NCBI GenBank assembly: GCA_964016885.1
Contig: OZ024741.1
Location: forward strand, 82,894,001 to 82,958,000
Direction: 5' to 3'
Length of the DNA: 64,000 nucleotides
Source: Eledone cirrhosa
Taxonomy: Eukaryota
In this document: piece after piece, positions 52,530 through 64,000 of the stretch
Numbering within the stretch: the first letter of the stretch is position 1
Layout of the letters: every line of letters starts with the position of its first letter
Program-made: the position numbers and the translations under genes
Notes under the pieces: model-generated
The model's input: only the letters and a program-made list of their open reading frames with translations
Told to the model about the DNA's origin: nothing
Databases searched by the model: none

Positions 52530-54810
52530 TGTATAGTACTGAACCGTTTTTCTGTACGCAAAGACCATAAGACAGCCGACGACCCGACGACAGGACCACC
52601 AACAAGATCTGTATGTGGAGCCAATATTGTTAGCATCTACAGGATCTCCTACTTCCTCTCGATGGTTACACGCCCCATAATTAAGATGTCCCAAATGTAT
52701 ATGATAGTACAGAGGACCCCCTCTGCAAAATCAATGAGTGTAACAAAAACAAAAACTTATCTAACTGCATAATAGACAGCATGAATCTAGTATCACTGTA
52801 TCCATCAATTAACATTGATTTTGCTGTGGAAAAATGTGTGGAAATAATCAATGAGACCGAGGTGGAGTTCTGTGACGTCGACACTGATGAACTGGGCCTC
52901 CTACATAGACATACTTATGACACCGAGTACCTAGATAACCATCACCATAGCTGTTTCTGCCCCAGTAGACCTATAAGTGGTAGACCATCGCTATAACCTC
53001 AATAGTTAAAAAGACTCACATGGGAAGGTGGAATGGATGGACCAAAGCCATACGGACACCCAAAACAATGATCAGGTGAGAAAAATAGTCGCGCATGCAA
53101 TAGGGGCTAGTATTAAAACTGCCCTGAAGGACCATTTGTTTAAATTCGATGAAAAGATCTACATCCAGAAGGAGGGAGCAGCCATTGGCGTCAGCATAGC
53201 TGGTGATGTTGCCAATCTATATATGGCATGGCGGGAAAGGAGACTCAAAGATCTCCTTGAAGAGAGCTCCATATCCTCGTCATGCACTGTCGTTACGTAG
53301 ACGATATTAATATAGTAATAAGAACACCCCCACAACAGAGTACTAATGAACATGATTTAGAATATAGCGCAATGGAAAGCATCCAGCAGATAGCTAACTC
53401 CATACACAAGAGTATATCTGTAACTGTTGACTACCATTCCAAACACCCTAACAATAGATTACCTGTATTAGACACGGAACTCTGGATTAACACTATAGAT
53501 GAGAGGGCCCAAATTCTCCACTCACACTATGCTAAACCCATGGCCTCCAAATACCAGATAATCAAAAACTCAGCAATGTCCAGTAGTGGTAAGTTTAATA
53601 TTCTGATCGCAGACTTGGTACGAGTGATGAAGGAGGTATCTCGCATGTGCGACCCAACTGAAATGGAAAGACACATCCAACACTTCAACAACCGCATGCA
53701 GTTATCTGGCTACAACCAAAGAGACAGTATCAGAGTATGGAAAGGAGACACGGAGAAGTATAAGACCCTCATAGAAATGGACATGAAATGAATTTGTCCA
53801 TTTTACAAGAGCAAAACATGGAATAGTTTAAATAGGACTAAACATAAGATATGGAAAGCCACATCATGGTATGACAACCAGAGATACCAGAGTGTCATAC
53901 CAGAAATGACAGGAACTATTATACAACCCCTGATCAGCAAAACATACCCCTTTAAGAAAACACACTGTACGCATAAGAAATATGTTATATGTAAAATGAA
54001 CTCCCAGATAAACTGTAAAACGACATACATAGGTGAGACAGCCCGAACCATAGGAGAAAGAATAAACCAACTCTGGGGGGAATTAAAAGGACAAAAATAA
54101 AAACGGAACACGCCAGACAAAGACATGGCGGCAATATAGACAACATAGATTAAAATAATATCTAAACATAGAAATGACTCAACAGGTAGGCAAATCAGAG
54201 AAGCAAGTGAAATAGAGCTTAGAAAACCAAAGTTAAACAGAAAAAACGAATGGAATAGCAACAACAACCATACCCAAACAAACAATACTGACTTAAGGGA
54301 AATATAAATAAATAAATAAATACACAAGTACAATAACAACAAAGACATATAAACACACACTAGTAGACAAAGATAGAATACAAAAACCAAAACACATACA
54401 ATCAAACGTGAACACACACACCAAACATTATACACAACTTAAACGCATGCGCAGAGACGGAGACAAAAATAAATAATTAAATAAAAATGACGTAAACATT
54501 ACAATACAATAGGAGGAAACATGATAATAGTACCACTGATGATGTTGCAGATGTGCAACGAAAGAACTCTGTTAGACTATACATATATATTTATATCTAT
54601 ATTTTTAACCGTTGGTCAATCAATAATAAACATTAATTGTCAAATAAATTAACTATGGAGATATAAAAGATACGGAAGCGAAAACCAACCAAAGAGTGAG
54701 TGTGGTCTGTTATTATTTCTGGCAATATTATTACAAAAATATGACCCTCCCCATGTATAACAATATTAGTTTCGACACAAGATTTTATATAAAAAACCTT
54801 GCAAAACAAA
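52530..54810 (+). mobile_element. Decayed Penelope-like retroelement of a different clade (RT + GIY-YIG + pLTR with HHR)
   Basis: RKDHK..GPPTRSVCGA, SMNLVSLYPSI, QKEGAAIGVSIAGDVANLYM, RYVDD, LPVLD, SAM..K..IL, SGY, YIGETARTIGER and RQIREA..LNRKNEW. Confidence 0.88.
54527..54580 (+). ncRNA. Hammerhead-like motif in Penelope pLTR (also 60038-60091 plus, ~59950-59988 minus)
   Basis: atagtacca CTGATGA t gttgca-gatg-tgcaac GAAA g-aa-c TC tgttagactat; stem I is imperfect. Confidence 0.65.
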
Positions 54811-54837
54811 TATGTATATATACATATATATATATAA

Positions 54838-55042
54838 CTAAGGGGCGTCGTAATAATACCAGGTGGATCATAATGCAGCAGAGTACTCAATACTTTGGGT
54901 AGTAGAGTGGGTATTAGGAAAAAAAATCATGACCCTGACGGCTGAGCTCCGGTCGTTTCGGCAGCTAGATCCCAATTCCAGCTAGTTTGGATCTAGCTGT
55001 CAAAACCGCCGGAGCTCGTTCGTCGAGGTCCTGACTCTATTC

Positions 55043-55043
<1 letters not shown>
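54838..55043 (+). repeat. Second copy of the hairpin-forming short repeat (see 37390)
   Basis: gagctccggtcgtttcggcagctagatcc / ggatctagctgtcaaaaccgccggagctc long hairpin; flanked by (TA)n. Confidence 0.75.
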
Positions 55044-55105
<62 letters not shown>

Positions 55106-55107
<2 letters not shown>

Positions 55108-55549
55108 TATAGCCACCGGAAATAACATCTGTGAAATATACAGCGCCATCTACCTGTTAGCTAGCTACCTCACCGTGAAACAAACACCCCTTAAAACTAC
55201 CAGAATAAACGCCTACACAGCGGCTAAACATCAAACGATTAATTCTGTATATATAGAGTGGTTCCAAACACTTCACCAGTCGACATTTGGCAGAGTCAAC
55301 CCGCGTATCGTTGTTCCTCGCCTCTGCCACGCTTTGTCACTCACACACGCCTTGTACCTTGTATCGTCGCTTCATGTGAAAATATATAGCTGATCGAAAT
55401 TACATCTCGCCTTGCTTCGTCCTTTCAACTTGTGCTTTCGTCTGTCCATCCTCAACAGTTCTTTTAAGGGCTATATGCGACACCAGTCCTTTTAAGGGGT
55501 ATTCTCGGATCTGATCGGAAGTAGTGACAAGACTGACTAACCACGTCGC

Positions 55550-55553
<4 letters not shown>
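55106..55553 (+). mobile_element. Solo LTR, same family as 2201-2700
   Basis: Starts tgtatagccac, ends cgtcgctaca. Colinear with the reverse complement of 2201-2700; lies between (TG)n and (TA)n. Confidence 0.7.
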
Positions 55554-55636
<83 letters not shown>

Positions 55637-55640
55637 ATGC

Positions 55641-55700
<60 letters not shown>

Positions 55701-56177
55701 ATTTTTCATCCTGCATCTATCCAAAATCACCGATAGAATGTAGATACACCTCGTCGCAGAAATAATCGGCTGGTGTACGAGGGCTCAGTATGCCCAACAG
55801 GAGTGTGGTACCCTGGCCTTTGTCAAAGCATCCTTCTTGCATAAGGCTCATATAAAGTATCTCATATATAAAAACTTGCTGCTCTACTGATCGGATATTT
55901 TGCATTTTGCATGTCTCTGGGGTTCTTGGAATTGATTGTGACAGTCATTGTATTTTTTAATAAGGTTTTCTTGTCTTAAATCACTTGAACGGACATTGCT
56001 GACATTTAACACTTAACAACTTATGTTCTGGACTAATGCCAATCTCACGTTCGTTGATACAATCAGGTATAAGTTAACATATCAGCAGTGGTCATGCTCC
56101 TGTAACTCGAAGACATCTATCATGTACGTATATATGTGTGTATGTGCGCGTTTCTCTGATATGTTATGTCTCTTTAG

Positions 56178-56234
56178 GTGGGTATAGAATTGAAAGAAGC
56201 AGATGGAACGACAATACAACTCTTCTTGTATGGA
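56178..56234 (+). other. Candidate isolated 57-nt exon
   Basis: Pyrimidine-rich tctctttag acceptor and gtaagt donor. Length is divisible by 3 and two frames are open (VGIELKEADGTTIQLFLYG / GYRIERSRWNDNTTLLVW). Confidence 0.25.
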
Positions 56235-57099
56235 GTAAGTAAATGGTCAAATTAGTTCGAGGCTGTAGGTTAACTAAAGCTTTCACAATTTCCTGCCAGT
56301 TTATAGGAGATCTCTTCGTTTTGCTTCTCTAGACAAGTAAAATACGTATGAAACGTAAATTTCCAGACATAACCTGAATGAAATTACACAAATTTTCAGA
56401 TAAAATTCGAAGGAAATTAGAGGTATATATACACTTGATTTGATGTTATTTCATTAACGCGTCTTTTGAAGGCCCGTCACATAGTAATAAGTGTTTCCGA
56501 TCCATGGCCGTAACGTCCTGATTTTGAATCCAGGCGGCGGGTTATCTAACTAATTAAAACTCTCTTTCACGTTGTTCCAATCCAGTCAGCTGAAACAAAT
56601 ATGTTCTGCCAGGAATTTAATGGACCAACTTCTCTTCAAACACTTTCACACCTAATTTCACAGAGAATTATATTAATCGTGAACATATTTGTAGAATCCT
56701 CAATCATTTGCTTGTTAATTTCATGAACAGGCTGTTCCGCTTATGAGGACACCATCGGATGAGATGGAGCTCCAAACCACAGAGGATTCTTTCCAAAAAG
56801 AAATTTACATAGTTATTTTAGGTACCCGTTGTTTTCTTAATAAACCGCTACCTACGTGTTATAAATGATGACAGAGGTGTAAAAATAATCATACACGCAC
56901 CCAAAAGAACTCACAAACATAGAGAGGTATGTGCGTGTATGTTCTATGAAAAATGAAAATATAACTGTTTAGGAATAGAGAGCGGGGCGGGTATGCCACC
57001 ACCTATTGCTAGTCTCGTTATCCTAGATTTATCTTAACGTCTTCCCCAGTAAAGTGGATCTAGGGTATCAAGACTAGTAATATATATATATATATATAT

Positions 57100-58952
57100 A
57101 TTTATTAAAATAACAGATTAAATTTTAAGCAAAGAATCGCTGCTTTCACCCATAACGGGATCTTCTGAAACTAACAAAGTCAATCTGTGAAGGCAGAAGT
57201 GAATATTTCAAAAAACGTTGCAGCCGGAGGGAGACAGGCAACGATACTTTGGTTCGTGGAAACGTTCCCTGGCAAAGAACGGGAAAAAAACGAATATTAT
57301 ACGTCATTATTTGGAGCAGTAAAAAACAATTACACGCAAAGACTAAACCACATTTATGATATAAAAGAAATCGTAGACTAATATTCTATTAGGTGGTTCA
57401 TAGAGACGTTCTCTGGCAATGAACGAAAAAACCGAAGATAATACGTCATATGTGGAGCGGATAGAACAATTGCACGCAAAGACAAAACCACGTAAATAAC
57501 TGAAGTCGTCGACTAAAATTCTAACTAGGAAACTGAATGATTCTCGGCTTCAGAATTAAGAATAAAGTAAATAAAATATAGAGGTAATTGAAATTAAATA
57601 AATACATACATGCATCCATATACGTACATACACAAGCATACGCGAAAACACTCGCCGTAGGTATACAAAAACACGCACGTACACAAAAAAAACCCGCACA
57701 CACATACAGAGCCCACGCAACGCCTGTAACCGCACGCATACTAATGTTTACACCAAATACACGTAAAAAAAAAATATATATATATATGAGTGTGTGTGTA
57801 AGTGTGTGTGCGTGTATACATATAATTAAATAAACGTATATAAATAAATAGAAACGTATATAATAAGCGCACACATACCTACATGTAAATACACATATGT
57901 TCGGAGACGAACGTCAACCAAAACACAAAGTACACATATACTCGCACGCCACATATGTACAAACCCGCATACTCACACAGACGCAAAACTCACGTATACA
58001 CATAACCAAAAGCATATGTACCAGAATATATAATATATACGCCATAACATATAAAATCAAATATACGTACGAGAAAGTATACTACCTTCACAAAACATAC
58101 AGGTAATATATACTTACCTATACAAATAAGTAATGGTATAAACATAACATATACTTAGCTACCACATCGAGACGTAAAATATTCGCGTATAGTTCGTAAT
58201 ATCCGTTAGGGTATAATGTGGGGCTGTAATACAGGAAAGCTTTGTGCAATTTATGTTTACAAGCCGAAATTGTCTCAGATTTTTTGTTTAAGATGTGGTC
58301 TTTGGCGTTGAGTATTTCCAGTGCCTCAACGGCGCAGAGGTCTCATAGTCTTTTATTTCCATTATACGATCTAGCCCTAGATAGGATCTCCCAGTGTAAC
58401 TTATATTGGGTGTGGTTGTCTTTTAGACTCCATATATGAGCTGAAAGTGACGTCATATTCCTTCTGAAAGGGAAACGAAAGAATTTGTATGCATGTAAAG
58501 ACGCTGCTTGAATCTATTGGCGCTTAAACCTATGAAGGCCCTACGGGACGTGGGTGTTTCATCCTTACATTTGTAGACAATGTTACTAGAGAGGCATTTC
58601 CCGGATAGGGGACAGTCAACCCGATTCCTACAATTACAGTTAGTACTAACTACAGGGTTGCACGTGTTCCTACGGCTAGGTAGTTTAGCTAAATTTGAAG
58701 CTGTGATGTTATGTGCAAGGTTAGGAGTCGTAGAGTAAGAATTTTTAATAATATTTCTATTAAAAATGTTACTATGTTTATGGGTACGGGAAAATGCTTA
58801 ACAATAAGGGAGAGAAGAAATCTTAGCTAATGGTATAGCCACCTCCATATTATATGGTGGGTTATACCATATAATGCGTCGGGATCTATTTCTTCTATGT
58901 CTATTCTCGTACTCTGTATATGCTACCTTATCGACAAATCCACTCCGAGCAA
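57100..58952 (-). mobile_element. Second, shorter copy of the 12202-14400 Penelope family
   Basis: Colinear from tttattaaaataacagattaaa to atcgacaaatccact(c/t)cgagcaa; 3' end in (TA)n. Confidence 0.92.
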
Positions 58953-59701
58953 AATATCTCTCCCTATATATATCTATCTCTATATATATATAAACGCGTC
59001 AGGGTTTGAGAAGGTGTGAGTGTGTGTGTGTGTGTGTGTGTCAACCTAAATACACACACATATATATATATATATATTTTTTTTTTTTCCTCTGCTGCTA
59101 CCCGTCTGTTTCGTTCTTTGTATCTTTACCCTTTCTAGCAGTCTCTCTCTCTGTTAGCCTCTTCCTCACCCTTCACTCACTCATTCTCTGTCACTACCTC
59201 TCCTCCTCCTCTTTCTTCCCGTTTGACCTGTGTGTGATTCTTTTCTCTCGCACGCTGGCCAAGCTGGTATGAATTTTCTTTCTCTCTCTCGTCTACGATT
59301 TCACAGAACTTATGTTTACCGAATTCGCAGACCAGACCCCTTCTTCCCCCCGTTAGACCTGTGCGAAATTCCTTCCTTGCTCACATTTCAACCAGGTTTG
59401 ATGGTCTTTATTCTCTCATTCACGATTTCACCGAATTTAAATTAATAGAAATCTGGGACTTGTCTCTTTCTTCATCACTTTCTGTTGCTTAAACCATTTT
59501 GTTTGTTTACCCTCGCGTCCCATTTATTTACGTGTCCCAACGACTTTTTTTAGCCGTTGCTCGCACCAACCGGAGGTATATAGTCTTTAAAGCGATGAAA
59601 TGCCTATGATGGTTGGAAGATCACTGATGAAGGACAAACTTTTTCATATGTAACCCATTTGCAACGCCGCAGCTCCATTATTATCATATATATATATATA
59701 T

Positions 59702-60255
59702 AATGACGGCGTTGAATTTGTTTTACAAGGATTTTGGTATGAAATCGTGTGTCGAAACAAGTATTGTTATACTTGGGGAGGGCCATATTGTTGTAATAAT
59801 ATTGCCAGAAATATTAACGGAACACACTCACTGTTTGGTTGGTTTTCGCTTCTGTATATTTTATATCTCAATAGTTAATTCTTTTGGGCCATCAATGTTT
59901 ATCACTGACTGACCAACGGTCAAAAATACAGATATAAATATATATATCCTAACAAAGTTCTTTCGTTGCACATCTGCAACATTATCAGATATAAAATAAA
60001 AATGGCGTAGACGTACAATACAACAGGAGGAAACATAATAGTACCACTGATGATGTTGCAGAGATGCAACGAAAGAATTTTGTAAGACTATATATATATG
60101 CATTTATATCTGTATGTTTGACTGTTGGTCAGTCAGGGATAAACATTTATAGCCAAATGAGAAACAGAAGCGAAAACCAACCAAACAGTGAGTGTGTTCC
60201 GTTATTATTTCTGGCAATATTATTACATTATGACCCTCCCAAGTATAAAAATATA
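59702..60255. mobile_element. Non-coding inverted pair of pLTRs of the 52530-54810 Penelope family
   Basis: 59702-59988 is the reverse complement of ~54536-54810; 59990-60255 matches ~54478-54765. Both outer ends lie in (TA)n. Confidence 0.88.
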
Positions 60256-60773
60256 TATATATATAACTGCAAACTCTGCTAAGAGTACTGAAATCCCTTG
60301 TCAGACTATAGAGTTTGGTGCACTTTTAGGCAACGACAAGCACACGAACCTATAACATATCCTGAACAAGCAATGCCTGTGCTTTGAAGGTTTTGTTTTT
60401 ATGTACAGAAAATCCTTGCACTCGACCAATCCTATTCTCTGAGCATCAAAAGCTCTACCCAAAAATGAGAACTGGTCAACATCATCGGATGCTTCCGAAG
60501 CCGCAGGTTTTTTTTCAGAGTGTCCCTCTCCTAGAAAGGTGTTGTGTCAACAACTGGCGGCCTTTTACTCCCAGGCTAAAAAAAAAGTACTATCTGGATG
60601 GCTGTTGACACTGCTGAGTTCCTCCACTCTTTGTCGGCTCTTTTATTTCATCTCACAGGGTGTCCAAATATCAACCTCCTCACCAAGCAGGCTTGGTGGG
60701 GTTGCCGGTTTAGTCGCCGACGACGCGATCCAGTTTGTATTGCGTTATATGTTACCAGTAGAATACGAGAGCG

Positions 60774-60816
<43 letters not shown>

Positions 60817-60820
60817 ACAA

Positions 60821-60887
<67 letters not shown>

Positions 60888-60969
60888 CGTGCGTGTGTGT
60901 GTGTGTGTGTTTGTGTGTATGTGTGATAGATATAGATAGATAAATAGACAGATACATAGATAGATATGA

Positions 60970-61128
60970 CTAGTTTCTGCAGTTTCCGTCTACCCAGTTC
61001 TACCCACAGTACGTTGCTACATGTGAGTGTAGAAAAGAAGCCACCGCCTCTTGTCGTCGAGACGCGGAAGGTAATCCTGGACTAGATAAATTCAAGCGAA
61101 TTCTGTAACCACACAGTTATGCCTGCGC
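60970..61128 (-). mobile_element. Degenerate tRNA-derived SINE
   Basis: cagtttccgtctacc..taaccacacagttatgcctgcg, the reverse orientation of the 6885-7025 family. Confidence 0.5.
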
Positions 61129-61271
61129 TTATTATTCATTTTTTTTAAAGTTAATCTTCGTCCCTTTTAGCGGAAATTTATCGCTCGATAACGTTTGAAG
61201 ATAATCGTACTTACGATGAGAAAGCTGTAAAGAAGATTTACATCCATGAAGTGATAATACGTTAGTTCCTA

Positions 61272-61433
61272 GTCTTATTCTGTAACAGAATCATTTCAAT
61301 TGGCTAATAAATTGACCAACGCATAGATAATGTGATTGCCTTATTTGCATAATGTAAATATATGTGATTTATTATCTCTGAAATTAGTAAATTAAGCTTG
61401 AGAATTCTCTCTGCTATAGCATCACGTTGTCCT
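61272..61433 (+). repeat. ~165-bp duplicated unique-looking segment (second copy 63808-63970)
   Basis: Shared caattggctaataaat, catagataatgtgattgcct, gcataatgtaaata, tgtgatttattatctctgaa and ttagtaaattaagcttgag. Confidence 0.85.
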
Positions 61434-61462
61434 GATATGTTGGACAACGTTTCTGCATTAAA

Positions 61463-61925
61463 TTGCTGGTCATGGTAGTGCTGATGGTGTTGTTGCTATT
61501 GCTGGTGCTGATGGTGGTGGTGTTGCTGCTACTGCTAATGTTGTTGTTAATGTTGGTAGTGCTGCTGGTTGTGATGATGGGGATGGCGTCTTCTGATGAC
61601 GGTGGTGGTGTTTGTAATTATAGGATCGATGTTATTAGAGATAGGGTTGGTGCTGATAGTCGGTGTGGTTGTGGTTGTGGTTGCCGGTGATGGTGTTGAT
61701 CGTGATAGTGGTGCTAGTGTGGATGGTGATGATATTGGTAGGGGTATCCGCAGTGGTGATATAATTGAGGTTGCAGTGGTGTTGTGTGGAGGTGGGTATT
61801 GTTGTGGTGGTGGTTTGTTGATAGCGTTGGTGTACATATCACATTTGTGTTAGTTTGGTGGCTGTTTGGTCCGGTGGTAGATGTATGGCTGGGTTTGTGA
61901 TTGTATTGGTGTTGATATGGTGTTG

Positions 61926-61928
<3 letters not shown>
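61463..61928. repeat. Low-complexity (GGT/GTT/GCT)n tract
   Basis: Direct inspection. Confidence 0.85.
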
Positions 61929-61984
<56 letters not shown>

Positions 61985-62499
61985 TCGTTGGTGGTGACAT
62001 TCACTCATTTCTATTTAACATTTGACGAGTCATAGGGACGTCACAACGGCGTATCTTGGGCATTAAAACTGTTTGTCAAAGCACACCTCTTTCCAGATTT
62101 GAAAGCAACTGAATTAATTGCGTAATAGAGAGAGAAGTAGAAAGAGGTTAGAGAAAATGAGAAAATAATATAGATGTATAATCGACTACAGTCTGGTAAT
62201 TTATTTTATCAAAACCAAAAAGGAAAACGCATATTGACCACGGCGGTTTTTGAATTCATAATTTGGGGTGAGGGAACAAATACTACTTTTCCTACTGTGT
62301 ATTGATATACAAATCTATATTGTTGGATCTTCGCCGTTTCCAATGGCAATTGCTATATTTGAATCAATCAAGGGAACCACTAACTTGTGAAATAATTGTG
62401 TAAGCTTTTGAAGAAATCTGGTCAGAGGCGGCGTGACATAAGTATCTGGCACAAGGACACATTGTGTTTCCGGTCACTGAATTGATCTGATTGTTTACA

Positions 62500-62690
62500 G
62501 TGGATTGACAGTATTGGTAGAGCGTGAGACACAATTCTTTGAGGCATAGAGTTATGGACCTTTACGCTCTGTATTCAAATCCCGCTGAGGTTAGCTTTGC
62601 CTTTCGTCGTTACAGGGTCGATAAAATAAAGTACCAGTAATGCACTGGAATAATTGTTGGCCTTGTGCCAAAAGTAGAAACAATTATTTC
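62500..62690 (+). mobile_element. tRNA-derived SINE (cephalopod-type); further copies at 62175-62265 (-) and 63190-63400 (-)
   Basis: ctttacgctctgtattcaaatcccgctgaggttagctttgcctttc..gggtcgataaaataaagtaccag..ggccttgtgccaaaa. Confidence 0.7.
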
Positions 62691-64000
62691 CAATCCTGAG
62701 CCAAATACCGTAAACATTAAACCTCGCACCTTCACTATAAATCATAGTATATATTAACTTACATGTTATATTTTGGTGAATGCAATGTTTGATTGTATTT
62801 AAAGCTCTCTGGTATTGCTGTTAAGCTCAAGAAAGGGGGGAGATGATTTGGTAGGTACTACAAGTCGACTGTTATTGTGGTGCCAGCTTTCTTGGTGGAT
62901 TAACTAAAGTTAGCATATGAGAGATTCTTCAACCGAAATAGCCAATAAAGCGGAATATATTTATTCCAGTTTCCACCAGCATGAATATGTAGCGCCACTA
63001 CTACTACTACTATTACTACTACTACTACTACTACTACTGATGATGCTGCGGCTGCTGCTGTTGCTGCTGCTACTACTACTACTACTACTGCCACTGATGT
63101 TACTATTACTAATGATAATAATTGTTTCTACTTTAGGCCCAAGGCCAGGAATTATCCCCTTGCATTAATAATGATAATAATGATTTCTGATTTACGCACA
63201 ATGCCACCAATTTTGGGGGAGGGAAAGGGGGAAAATCGATTAAATCGACCCCAAATTATGACTGCTATTTTATTTTATAGACCCCGTGAGGATAAAAGGC
63301 TAACCTCGGCAGTATTTGAACTCAGATCATAAAAGGCCGCAACTCCATGTTGCGAAGCATGGTGTTCGACGTTCAACCGATACTGCCAATCCACCACCGT
63401 AATAAAAATGAGAATAATAGTGATAACAACACCCACACCACCATTTCTGCTGCTGTCATGCTGCATTTAGTGTTAATGAGGACGATGACCGCGTCGGATA
63501 GTGTGTTGTGAATGTTCATGAAGATGATGATGATGAGGACTATGATGATAAGAGTGATGATGATGGAGATGAGGATGGGGACGAGGTGGAAGAATATGAG
63601 GATGAGGAGAAGGATGAGGATACAATGAACATCGGTGCTGCCGCCCGCCGCTAGAGTTGCTGCTGCTACAAAAATAACAAGCACAAGAGTGCATGCAAAT
63701 TATCAATAAATAGGGGACAACAACAATGTCTTAGAATTTAGGGGTTCAACTAATATTTGATGCACGAAAGGAAGAGATCATGTTTGATCTAGAGCAGTGA
63801 GATTTTCAGTCTTATTCAATAACAGAATGCATACAATTGGCTAATAAATCCGCCATCACATAGATAATGTGATTGCCTCATCTGCATAATGTAAATAGAT
63901 GTGATTTATTATCTCTGAATTAGTAAATTAAGCTTGAGCCGTCCCTCAGCTATAGCTTCACTTTGGCCTTAATTTGTGTTGCATAATTATTCGCCAGTAA

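Noticed and set aside
59615-59690. CTGATGA at 59624 as a hammerhead
   Set aside because: No stem II/GAAA follows before the next insertion.

Overview
AT-rich, microsatellite-dense eukaryotic non-coding DNA. The abundant tRNA-derived SINEs resemble those of octopus or other coleoid cephalopods (inference from memory, not a search). No intact host gene is visible. Coding remnants are all transposon-derived: several Penelope-like elements (PLEs; RT + GIY-YIG), an RTE LINE, a Tx1/L1-type LINE, an RLE-type non-LTR fragment and a Helitron PIF1 fragment; there are also two solo LTRs. The main signal is a 12-kb array (22147-34163) of a 466-bp unit in which every unit carries a minimal type I hammerhead ribozyme (HHR) with a palindromic stem III. 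It holds 26 HHRs in two divergent arms (9 on the minus strand, 17 on the plus strand), both ending in (TA)n. The same architecture, (TA)n / inverted arm / direct arm / (TA)n with HHRs pointing outward, recurs at about nine loci from several sequence families, including a coding Penelope (14421-17295). Three of the non-coding HHR repeat families share an ATGCAAAT octamer followed 41-43 bp later by a YATATA box upstream of the ribozyme. Together this suggests (TA)n-targeted, Penelope-mobilised retrozyme-like RNAs with an internal snRNA-type promoter. All folds and alignments were done by eye; ribozyme activity, expression and mechanism are untested inferences.
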